Part shown: piece by piece, positions 51,916 to 60,452 of the stretch
Position numbering within the stretch: the stretch's first letter is position 1
Layout of the letters: each line of letters begins with the position of its first letter
Origin: a virus
Virus record (IMG/VR): IMGVR_UViG_3300037104_000796
Coordinates: 64,001 to 128,000 of that record
Reading direction: 5' to 3' (one strand)
Length of the DNA stretch: 64,000 bases
Position numbers and translations under genes: made by a program
Notes under the pieces: model-generated
What the model was told of the DNA's origin: nothing
Seen by the model: only the letters and a program-made list of their open reading frames with translations
Databases searched by the model: none

Positions 51916-51935
51916 GAGAGACCCGAAGGTCTCTC
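51916..51935 (-). terminator. cUUCGg tetraloop hairpin downstream of the DUF932 gene
   Basis: Minus strand GAGAGACC-TTCG-GGTCTCTC; poor U tail, so possibly a stabiliser rather than a terminator. Confidence 0.6.
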
Positions 51936-51950
51936 GTATTTTCTTGTGAA

Positions 51951-52811
51951 TTACTGAGCCAATTCAGGTGTCATATATGATTCAGCTATTTCCCAAAGTT
52001 TCTTATTGAAATCGATATGGCGAGCTGCATTATTGATACCTCTTGGTTTTGTCCTACGACCGTTCATTGTCTGACGATCAAATTCACCTTTTACAAGTCT
52101 TTCCTGTATAACATTGAATATCGTCCAAAGGTCTTCCTTTGCATCTTCTCCACGAAGTGGTTCAACTATCTGTGAAGGTTTTATGATAAAAGTGGCTTTC
52201 TTCATGTCTATCGTTCCGTCTTCTTTTACGAAAACGTGAGGTTCTCTGGCTGCAACTGCTTTTATAACGAACATTTCTCTTTCGTCTTGATTCAATTTAA
52301 CCTGCTGCATTTCCTCAATATGTGAACCAATAGTGTTGTACTGATTAGCAACAACTTCCATGAGTTGTTTAAGTTCAGTCATATCGATACCTACGTGACG
52401 TAATCTTACTGATGTGAACATACCTGGCATTGCGACTACAAGTCCGTTGGTACAAACCAGACGGAAAAGACCCATGTGAATTTGTGCGTTTGACATTCCA
52501 TTATGGGAGTTGTCGAGAACAATCTGAGGTTTAACCTTATCAGATCTGAGGTCCATGAAGCCAAGTTTGGGATTCGTTAAACGAACCATGTGGCGAGCGT
52601 AAGGGCCTGTACCATTTTGTCTGGCGTATGTCGGATTCCATCCGAGTAATTCAAATGCGTTAAGTAAATCGAGGGTTGGTACGAATGAGTACCTGGGAGA
52701 AACTTTTGGGCTTTCATGGGCTGAAAAAGCAGCCGGAGCATAGTTACGAATTTCATCAATAGATGCTACCTTGTAACCGATACTGGTAATTGGATTGACT
52801 TGAGTTGTCAT
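51951..52811 (-). CDS. DUF932 (DUF945) family protein
   Basis: APAAF...SPRYSFVPT, NSHNG, GLFRLVCTNGLV, DLWTIFNVIQE. Confidence 0.88.
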   Translation of the reverse strand: MTTQVNPITSIGYKVASIDEIRNYAPAAFSAHESPKVSPRYSFVPTLDLLNAFELLGWNPTYARQNGTGPYARHMVRLTNPKLGFMDLRSDKVKPQIVLDNSHNGMSNAQIHMGLFRLVCTNGLVVAMPGMFTSVRLRHVGIDMTELKQLMEVVANQYNTIGSHIEEMQQVKLNQDEREMFVIKAVAAREPHVFVKEDGTIDMKKATFIIKPSQIVEPLRGEDAKEDLWTIFNVIQERLVKGEFDRQTMNGRRTKPRGINNAARHIDFNKKLWEIAESYMTPELAQ

Positions 52812-52842
52812 AATGTGAGTGATAAATTAATTTCTATAATAC

Positions 52843-52891
52843 TAATATAATAAAATAATCCGACAAATAAAAATATTTGACGGATTATTTT
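52843..52891 (-). promoter_or_regulatory. Early-type promoter/hairpin motif (representative of ~8 copies)
   Basis: TTTTTATTTGTC-N12-TATATT on the minus strand; also ~32638, 44467, 54156, 55241, 55744, 58755 (variant), 59841. Confidence 0.7.
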
Positions 52892-52911
52892 CAGATTTTT
52901 GTTTTTAATAA

Positions 52912-54117
52912 TTAAAGGGCGGCTATGTCGGTTGCTATTAAAGCCTCGTTGTATATTTTAAAATTGGTTATAGTTCCATTATAATTCATATACGAGTCTC
53001 CATCATTGCCAACATATACACCGTATGATGCTACTTCTACTCCTGATGATGCTGATGAAATTAATGCTCCATCGACATAAAGAGACATAATAGAACCGTC
53101 ATAGCTTATAACTACTTTGTGTTTTCCGTTCCAAACTGTAGAATTTGCATAAACAACTTCCGTTACATTAGTTACCGAAGGTACACCTGTTGCACCGACT
53201 TGATATCTCTTATATGAAATTCCGCTTGTAGATAATTCTAATTTTATACAACCATTTCCAGCATCATTAAAATTATGTCCACCAGGACTAACTCCACCTT
53301 CGTCAGTAACTACTGTAAGTAAAGCTGCTTTAAGACTTCCTGCAGACCCATTATTTAAATCTCTATTAATATGATTTCCGGCAGTTTCATAAGTAAATGA
53401 TACTGAAAATCTATTACGACCTCTGAAAAGACCGCTATATGTTGAAAGAATAGAAGCTGGTGTTGTTGATGTGTACATTGTCTGTACGGCAGGTTGAGTA
53501 ATAACAACTGATAATGTAGCAGTTTGTTGTTTGCTATCAGTAACGGTAACTAAATATGTTCCTGCATGTAAATTATTAAAAGTACAACCTGAACCTACTA
53601 TTAAGGTACCTGCAGTTATGACTCCAACTGCATCAGTAGACGTATATGCATAAGGATATGTACCAGTGTTAACTCTGACTTCCAAAGAACCTGTTTTTAA
53701 ATTATAAATGTCAACATTAACCTGTTTTTGAAGATAAATTGCTAATGGTGTAATAACTGCAACAAATGGTGGCACTACCACATCTTGAGAAGCTACTGTA
53801 CCTTTACTGTCTTTAACAGTTATTGTATATGTTCCAGCTGATAAATTAACGAATTTAGGGAATTCCATTGTCGCAAAGTCGGCAGTTCCTATTTTATAGG
53901 TATAAGGTTCAACTCCAGAAGAAACAACAATAGAAATGATTTCGTTAGTTCCATTATAAATGGCTGTATTGGTTAAAGTTGCCGTAAAAATAACGGGGGT
54001 AGCAGGAGTAACAACCGCTGGAGGTTCAGACGGCGTAATAACCGGGTCCATGTCGGTAGGTTTTGAACATGACGCAAATAATAAACTCATCAATAATAAA
54101 AATCCAAATTTTTTCAT
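52912..54117 (-). CDS. Lipoprotein with SprB-like repeats and a LamG/ConA-like domain
   Basis: FASC lipobox; NLSAGTYTITVKDSKG and NLHAGTYLVTVTDSKQ; W..H.V.ISYDG...LYVDG...YNGTITNFKIYN. Confidence 0.75.
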   Translation of the reverse strand: MKKFGFLLLMSLLFASCSKPTDMDPVITPSEPPAVVTPATPVIFTATLTNTAIYNGTNEIISIVVSSGVEPYTYKIGTADFATMEFPKFVNLSAGTYTITVKDSKGTVASQDVVVPPFVAVITPLAIYLQKQVNVDIYNLKTGSLEVRVNTGTYPYAYTSTDAVGVITAGTLIVGSGCTFNNLHAGTYLVTVTDSKQQTATLSVVITQPAVQTMYTSTTPASILSTYSGLFRGRNRFSVSFTYETAGNHINRDLNNGSAGSLKAALLTVVTDEGGVSPGGHNFNDAGNGCIKLELSTSGISYKRYQVGATGVPSVTNVTEVVYANSTVWNGKHKVVISYDGSIMSLYVDGALISSASSGVEVASYGVYVGNDGDSYMNYNGTITNFKIYNEALIATDIAAL

Positions 54118-54212
54118 TTTTTTAATTTTAATTGTTTTTTTTAATGTTATAGATAAATATAATCATTATTTCTGACAAATAAAAATTTTTGATGGATTAT
54201 TTTAACAATTTC

Positions 54213-54449
54213 TTAATTATTTTTATAAATATTTTCTTGATGTACAAGGAGTGTATTATGCGGGCTTTTACCTGTATGAAACTTTAGACACTGAGGACAC
54301 TTGTAAGCCACCTGTTTGTGTATAAATTTAGGGTTTTGGTTCATTCTTTTGGCCCAGTTTACGGCTTCCTCGAAGATCGAGAATGTTTTCTTGGGCCGGC
54401 CTGTAGCTTTGCTTATGCATTGCCTTACGGGATTAGAACAACTTTGCAT
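54213..54449 (-). CDS. Small Cys/His protein
   Basis: AYKCPQCLKFHTG. Confidence 0.55.
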   Translation of the reverse strand: MQSCSNPVRQCISKATGRPKKTFSIFEEAVNWAKRMNQNPKFIHKQVAYKCPQCLKFHTGKSPHNTLLVHQENIYKNN

Positions 54450-54450
54450 A

Positions 54451-55200
54451 TTATTTTTCGTTTCTAATTGCTTCTATTAACATTTCTCTTGTTTTTGTTT
54501 CGTAGTGTGTTACTACGAATCTATCTGCAAATAACATTCGTTGTTCTGACGTGAATTTGTAGTTAAATTCAGTTTCATATTCTTGCATATAAATTTCAGG
54601 AGTAATAGATGTACCGGCGTTCTGGAATTTTTTTATTCTTTGATTAAATGATGCTGTTGTCATTAATGTACATGCAAATTTTAAAAGATATTTCTGCATA
54701 TCTTCATAAGTATTAATTTTTTTAGTGTATACAAGATATGCTCCATTTACGCCTATATCAGTTCTTCCTCCAAAATGGTCGGCTGTTTTAGCCCCATGAG
54801 GAATAGGGATATTAAGTATACTATTTATTGAATATTCTTTTGTATCTGATATATCATAAGGATAATGACGTATATCATAAAATATGCCGCTTAGGATTTG
54901 CTTAATAGTACGTCCTTTGGCAATATTATCTCGTATTTGATCAATTGAAGAATTCAAATTTATAAGAATTTTCTCGTGTTGCATTTGAGTAATAATTTTT
55001 TTATCCTCAACTTTTATATCGTCAGCTTCTTTTTTAGCTGCAGCTTTATTGAGTTTATTCTGAGCCCATACTTCTTTTTGTGCTATCCAAGCTTTTGCTT
55101 TTTCAGCTTTTTTAGCATCTCGTTTTTCTTTATCAATCCTACGTATTTCTTTACGTTGTGCAACTTCTAATTTGTGTAATTCCCTTTCACTTTTAGTCAT
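54451..55200 (-). CDS. Hypothetical protein
   Basis: Basic coiled-coil N-terminus; preceded by early-type motif. Confidence 0.55.
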   Translation of the reverse strand: MTKSERELHKLEVAQRKEIRRIDKEKRDAKKAEKAKAWIAQKEVWAQNKLNKAAAKKEADDIKVEDKKIITQMQHEKILINLNSSIDQIRDNIAKGRTIKQILSGIFYDIRHYPYDISDTKEYSINSILNIPIPHGAKTADHFGGRTDIGVNGAYLVYTKKINTYEDMQKYLLKFACTLMTTASFNQRIKKFQNAGTSITPEIYMQEYETEFNYKFTSEQRMLFADRFVVTHYETKTREMLIEAIRNEK

Positions 55201-55290
55201 TTTCTTTAGTTTTAAATGATTTAATTACTATTACAATACAAATATAATCATTTTTCTGATATAAAAAAATATTTATGCCATTATTTTCAT

Positions 55291-55722
55291 TTATTTACGT
55301 AACGGGCTTATTAATTTATGCGGTCTGATGGTATTTTTTAACGTAGTTTTTATCAATGCATCTATCTCGGGAATATGAGCGAGTATAACATTAAAGAACT
55401 TAGTTGCATATTCACCAAAATCCTCAGCATATAATTGTCTATCGATCGGGTAGCCAATAACTTCATCCATCCTATCCGTTAAGATATCTGCCAAATAATC
55501 ATGAACTTTCATTGTGCATTCATTTACATTATAAGTATCTTCATGTCTTGGAGTTCCTTCACACAAAATGAAATTGCATAAAGCTGTTGAAATACCTATA
55601 TGAATATCAGCTCTTTCAGAACCATCAAATCTTCCTTTAGAGTTACACATCATATATCTGATGCAATAAAAGTCCAAAAGATAATGGAGCATCCAGATTT
55701 CTCTCTTTGTTAAATTTTTCAT
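55291..55722 (-). CDS. Hypothetical protein
   Basis: Start MKNLTKRE lies just downstream of the promoter motif; the longer ORF-track version overlaps that promoter. Confidence 0.6.
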   Translation of the reverse strand: MKNLTKREIWMLHYLLDFYCIRYMMCNSKGRFDGSERADIHIGISTALCNFILCEGTPRHEDTYNVNECTMKVHDYLADILTDRMDEVIGYPIDRQLYAEDFGEYATKFFNVILAHIPEIDALIKTTLKNTIRPHKLISPLRK

Positions 55723-55819
55723 GATAATTTTAATTCTATAGCAAATATAACAAAAATACTTGACAAATAAAAATATTTTGGCCGTTATTTTATGAATATA
55801 TACAAAAAGAAGCATTTTT

Positions 55820-56272
55820 ATGCATGCACGACTTATAAATGAGAAATTTACTGAACAATCTGATCCCATTCAGGATATGGGTTTGGGTTTGAAAAACAAT
55901 CCTAAAATTCTTTTGCCTATGGTTATTAAAAAGCTAAAGGAATTTGGAATTAATGCCGAAGTCAAAAAATCTTTTGAATTTGGTAATGGCCACTACGAAA
56001 TTTACGTAAATGGAAATTCCGATGATGAAGTTTTGGAGGTTCAATATTTTTATTCTACTGATAAAGCTGCTCATGAAGAAGGTTGGAAAGGTGGATTCGC
56101 ATTATCTGATGATGGTGGAGCTGATTTATGTAAAGTTTCGCATGATCCAATGGTGTCTATAAAAGTTTTACTGAAAAGAAAATATGGAACTAAAGCAAAA
56201 ATTGCAAAATATATTGACAAAGCTGAAAAGAAAATAGCATTTTTAAAAGAAGTAGAAAAAATAATAGATTAA
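55820..56272 (+). CDS. Tag-bearing protein
   Basis: MHARLINEKFTEQSDPIQDMGLG. Confidence 0.8.
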   Translation: MHARLINEKFTEQSDPIQDMGLGLKNNPKILLPMVIKKLKEFGINAEVKKSFEFGNGHYEIYVNGNSDDEVLEVQYFYSTDKAAHEEGWKGGFALSDDGGADLCKVSHDPMVSIKVLLKRKYGTKAKIAKYIDKAEKKIAFLKEVEKIID

Positions 56273-56275
56273 GAT

Positions 56276-56668
56276 ATGATACTCCCAGGAAACGAATCAA
56301 AAACACTCCCTATAATTATCTATGAAGAAATGAGGGGAACAATAGTAATAAAAGGTAGATCAATTTCTCCAGAAGTAGAAAGTTATTTCGCTGATTTTAC
56401 GCCTTATCTAGATGAATGCGTATCAAAAAATCCCATGGATTTGAAAATAGATATTGATCTCGAGTATTTCAATACCAAAACTGCTAAAATCATGATTAAA
56501 ATGCTTGACACACTTAAAAAAGTAGTAGAGACAGGTTTTAAAGTTGATGTAACGTGGTTTTACGAAGCAGATGATGAAGATATGTATGACGCAGGATTAG
56601 ATTATGAAGAACTATCAAAATTAAAATTCAATTTTGTTGAAAAACCAAGCACAGAAAAACCCGATTAA
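56276..56668 (+). CDS. siaC: SiaC family (DUF1987) regulatory phosphoprotein
   Basis: IKGRSI, LEYFNT, VTWFYEADDEDM..AG.DY. Confidence 0.82.
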   Translation: MILPGNESKTLPIIIYEEMRGTIVIKGRSISPEVESYFADFTPYLDECVSKNPMDLKIDIDLEYFNTKTAKIMIKMLDTLKKVVETGFKVDVTWFYEADDEDMYDAGLDYEELSKLKFNFVEKPSTEKPD

Positions 56669-56679
56669 CTCGGGTTTTT
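56656..56679. terminator. Bidirectional intrinsic terminator between convergent genes
   Basis: AAAACCCGA-TTAAC-TCGGGTTTT. Confidence 0.75.
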
Positions 56680-56682
56680 GTT

Positions 56683-56958
56683 TTATTCTGCATCTATATT
56701 TTGTGCATATTCAAAATTCATGAAATATTCTCGCTTATCAAGCAATTGATTTAGAATGTTATGATCTTCTATTCCAAACTGAGACATAAAATAATCATAA
56801 AGATCGCCATCTGTACTATTTTCATCATTTTCTAATGAAGATACTATATTGTACCAAGGCAAGCTTGGATTTTTTGTTGTTATGTCTTCATACCAAGCAA
56901 CAAATTCGTCTACTGTCATTCGTGGGTACATACTTTCATTTACTAATTTTGCTTTCAT
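56683..56958 (-). CDS. Small acidic protein with V-N-E leader
   Basis: MKAKLVNE start. Confidence 0.6.
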   Translation of the reverse strand: MKAKLVNESMYPRMTVDEFVAWYEDITTKNPSLPWYNIVSSLENDENSTDGDLYDYFMSQFGIEDHNILNQLLDKREYFMNFEYAQNIDAE

Positions 56959-56974
56959 AATGTGTAAGTTTCTT

Positions 56975-57838
56975 TTAGTATATATTCACCTTTATAAATT
57001 CTTTAAACATCTTTACACTAAGATATTGAGTCGTGGTTGAGCGAGATTTTATTTCTTCATAGTGTTTATCACGAAACGTTGAGAGAAATTTCTCGAATTT
57101 TGGGCGTAACTTTTCATCAAGAAGATTAACACCTAAGCTAACTTCAAATTGAGGCTCTTTTGAAACGTTGCCAACTGCATATCCATAAGCAGCAATGTAA
57201 TACTGCCAGTGTTCATCAATCATACGTGAAAGATGATACTCTTTGATCGAAAAGTCTTTATCGATTCTTGCATCAGTTGTGTCATAACTGTTTCTTGGTG
57301 AGATGCTTTGATACACGTTAACACAAGTTTTGACTTTTTGTGAAAGTCCTCCACGATCTTTAGCTCCAGTGAATGTGATCTTTCCAAGCTGATCACTCTT
57401 AATCAGTTGAAGTGTTGGAACAGGATGCTTAACGTTGTAGAAGTACACAGGAGAGATGAAAACGACGTAATCTCCAAGTTCTGAAGCTTTCTTAGCGAAA
57501 GCAAGCCAGAGCTTACTGCCAGTGCCGTAAGGAGGTCCGGTGATAATGAGACGACCACGTTTGTAGGTCATCGGATTGTTATGAAGAAAGTCTTGCTTTT
57601 TAATTTTGGGATCGTCGGGATCAAGATCGTAATAGTGTACAGGAATGTTCAATTCGTGTGAGAGTTTGTCAAGATAGGGCCCGAATGCTAGATCACCTGC
57701 TGCGGGTTCTACGATGTCTGTAAGTTTATCAAGAGGGATATACTGACGTACCATTTCGAACACATGATCAAGAAGCTCAGGTGGAGCATAGTATTTGTCC
57801 ATTGTGTTAACTGCTTCGAATACAAATTGAGCTTTCAT
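56975..57838 (-). CDS. SAM-dependent amino-methyltransferase-like protein with MKAQFVFE leader
   Basis: DKYYAP, VEPAAGD (motif I), YDLDP, QDFL, IITGPPYG (motif IV variant), FISP. Confidence 0.8.
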   Translation of the reverse strand: MKAQFVFEAVNTMDKYYAPPELLDHVFEMVRQYIPLDKLTDIVEPAAGDLAFGPYLDKLSHELNIPVHYYDLDPDDPKIKKQDFLHNNPMTYKRGRLIITGPPYGTGSKLWLAFAKKASELGDYVVFISPVYFYNVKHPVPTLQLIKSDQLGKITFTGAKDRGGLSQKVKTCVNVYQSISPRNSYDTTDARIDKDFSIKEYHLSRMIDEHWQYYIAAYGYAVGNVSKEPQFEVSLGVNLLDEKLRPKFEKFLSTFRDKHYEEIKSRSTTTQYLSVKMFKEFIKVNIY

Positions 57839-57944
57839 ACAAGGTTTGTTTTATTTATCTTTAACTTTACATTAACTATTTTAACAAAACCCTAACACTC
57901 AAGTTCATATAACTTAAGTACTTAAGCAACTCGGAATGTATACT

Positions 57945-58451
57945 CTATACTGTGTATCTCTTTACAAAATTTCCCAAATAACTTTGATTTTCCCTCAAAT
58001 ATTGTTCGATAAAGAAATATCTACTTGAGTTTCCCTCTTCTTCAGATACTCTTAATATGGGTTTATTAACATTCAAACATTCACGAAATCTATCTGTATT
58101 GATAAAAATCAATTCTGAAGGATTATCCGGAATATTGAAGATGATGAACATTGATTTTGAATCATCTAATGTATTTTTGAGATTATTGTCGTATAAAGTA
58201 AAAGATTTTGCCCACTTTACATCAATCGCAATACTTTCAATAATTCTTCCTTCACTATTTCGAAAAGGCTTGCTGCCTTCTTTAAAAGTTATTATGTAGT
58301 CAAATTTTTCTTTCATATCCTGATAACGTGAAGCTGGCATAACTTCTACTTCGTATCCTTGAGATTGAAAAAGTCTTCTAACTTTATGAGCTATAAACGG
58401 TTGTTGTCGAATACCATCTCGTTTATGCTGGTTGCTTCCATACATATTCAT
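57945..58451 (-). CDS. PD-(D/E)xK nuclease-like protein
   Basis: QDMKEKFDY...AIDVK. Confidence 0.5.
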   Translation of the reverse strand: MNMYGSNQHKRDGIRQQPFIAHKVRRLFQSQGYEVEVMPASRYQDMKEKFDYIITFKEGSKPFRNSEGRIIESIAIDVKWAKSFTLYDNNLKNTLDDSKSMFIIFNIPDNPSELIFINTDRFRECLNVNKPILRVSEEEGNSSRYFFIEQYLRENQSYLGNFVKRYTV

Positions 58452-58723
58452 TTTTTTCGTAATTTAGGTGATGCCGGCATACCTGCAGCCGACAAATATA
58501 TTTCCGTCAGGAACTTTTGCATGTTAGCCAATTGGTATATATTGCCTGCAGTTAATGTGTACTGGAATGCCTTCTCTTTAGACACGGATGTATCTGGATT
58601 GTAAAGGATACGTTTCAATTCATGCTTCAATTGTTCAAGACTATACTTATTAATGTTGATAATAATAGGTTCCAATTGTTTACCTACTGCCATGCTACTT
58701 TCAATTCGTGTTAAATCTCTCAT
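58448..58723 (-). CDS. Hypothetical protein
   Basis: ORF downstream of early-type motif. Confidence 0.55.
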   Translation of the reverse strand: MRDLTRIESSMAVGKQLEPIIININKYSLEQLKHELKRILYNPDTSVSKEKAFQYTLTAGNIYQLANMQKFLTEIYLSAAGMPASPKLRKK

Positions 58724-58813
58724 AATACATATTTTATGTTACATATTTATTGTAAATATAACAACAAAAACCCAATAAGAAAAACTTATTGGGTTAAATG
58801 TTTGTTAATTTAT

Positions 58814-59794
58814 TTAGTTGAGCGTAATATCTATTTGATGAACTGTAACGTTAACATCTGCGGAAGTAATAGTTTGGCTATCATACCATCCTAATTTCGT
58901 TGTATGCAATGTTATTTTTGATGCTTTACCTGGCATACCAAATTCGGATGCTGGAACAGTAAGTGTAATTACACTACCATTAACACCGGGAGAAGATGAT
59001 GAAGGAGCTTCTGTAATAGTTATAACAACCTCACCAAAAACTTTCTTATCAGTACCAAAATAAAGAGGAAGGTCTCCTGTATTATTAGGAACTGTTACAG
59101 TTGTTGATACTGCAGCACCATATAATATGTCAGAAAAATCAAGAGCACCAGTTACACCAGTTGTGTTTGGGCCGGTTGCAGTTGATAATGTGCTTAATTC
59201 AGTTCCAGCAATATTGACAGGTTTTAAATCAAATTTTACAGTAATTGTAAGATTTGCACCGGGGAGTTTTGTTAATGCTTCAGTATTAATTGTGAAGAAA
59301 TCACCAAGTCTTTTACCAACAACTGTTAAAGGAAAATGTGCCTGTGTTGGATTAAAATCAAGAACGCCAAGATAATTGATGCGACCATCACTATCTTTTG
59401 TTTCCATAACTAATCTTACAGGTTCTGCCGGGGTTAAGTTAGAATAAACAGCCTGATTAGCTCCAAATACAATAGGGTTATTGCTTGGCGTGCTCCACCA
59501 AATATTAGCAGCAGAACCATTAAGAAATTCCAAACCTTTTACAAGAGCAAAAGCTTGATTGCCATAAAATGGAGAATTAATAGCATACATAATCCAATTA
59601 CGTGTAACGGCTGCGGGAGCTTCAAATGGTCCGAGAGATTTAGAGATGCTTACGTTCGCGTCTTGAGCAAGAAATGAACCATTAACTGTTCCAACATATT
59701 GTGTTGATGGATTAAGGTCAGTTTTCTTGCAATTAGTTAGTCCTACCAACATAACTGTTGCGATTAAAATAAAAAGAAATTTAATGTTTTTCAT
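58814..59794 (-). CDS. Lipoprotein, beta-rich
   Basis: Signal peptide ending in LTNC-KK. Confidence 0.7.
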   Translation of the reverse strand: MKNIKFLFILIATVMLVGLTNCKKTDLNPSTQYVGTVNGSFLAQDANVSISKSLGPFEAPAAVTRNWIMYAINSPFYGNQAFALVKGLEFLNGSAANIWWSTPSNNPIVFGANQAVYSNLTPAEPVRLVMETKDSDGRINYLGVLDFNPTQAHFPLTVVGKRLGDFFTINTEALTKLPGANLTITVKFDLKPVNIAGTELSTLSTATGPNTTGVTGALDFSDILYGAAVSTTVTVPNNTGDLPLYFGTDKKVFGEVVITITEAPSSSSPGVNGSVITLTVPASEFGMPGKASKITLHTTKLGWYDSQTITSADVNVTVHQIDITLN

Positions 59795-59900
59795 GTTTGT
59801 GATTTTTTGTTAATAATGTTAATATTTAAATGTAATAGTAAATATAACAATAAAACTCGACAAATAAAAATCTGTCGAGTTAAATGTTTGTTAAAGTATG

Positions 59901-60413
59901 TTATTTTTTAACTGTTGCTGATGTAGTTGAAATTACACTACCTAAAGCTGACTCAAGACCTTTTTTATCTATAGGAGTATCATATGTAAGAGTTACAACA
60001 TTGTTTGTGTTTTCAACAATAGTAGTAAATCCTGAAATATAATATCGTGGGTCCTCGATCTTATATTGAATTATTATAGGATCATTAGATGGCAAAACTT
60101 TAAGAGATATTTTGATTTTAGTAATGCTTGCATCCACTACAGTTTTAGCTGTTATTCCTCCGGCAGGGGCAATTTTATCAAATTTATCGGTTCTCACTAT
60201 TGACGAACCAACATAGCAATCAACCCAAACTTCATATACTGAATTATCAAGGAGTGGGTCACCACCTTGATTAGGAACTAAAGGCATGTTGTTGGCAATT
60301 TGATATGTTGTAGTTGTAACTTTTTCTTTGCCTCCACAGGAATTTAATCCGATAGTCATAATTATTACTGCAAATATTGCAAGTAATGTTCTCAAAAATG
60401 TTAATTTTTTCAT
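59901..60413 (-). CDS. Lipoprotein
   Basis: Signal peptide ending in LNSC. Confidence 0.7.
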   Translation of the reverse strand: MKKLTFLRTLLAIFAVIIMTIGLNSCGGKEKVTTTTYQIANNMPLVPNQGGDPLLDNSVYEVWVDCYVGSSIVRTDKFDKIAPAGGITAKTVVDASITKIKISLKVLPSNDPIIIQYKIEDPRYYISGFTTIVENTNNVVTLTYDTPIDKKGLESALGSVISTTSATVKK

Positions 60414-60452
60414 TTAATTTGTTTTGTTTTTAGATTTGTAATTGATTTATTT

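Noticed and set aside
55723-55869. N-terminal extension of the ORF-track call 55291..55869
   Set aside because: It overlaps the promoter motifs and the divergent gene; the ATG at 55722 is more plausible
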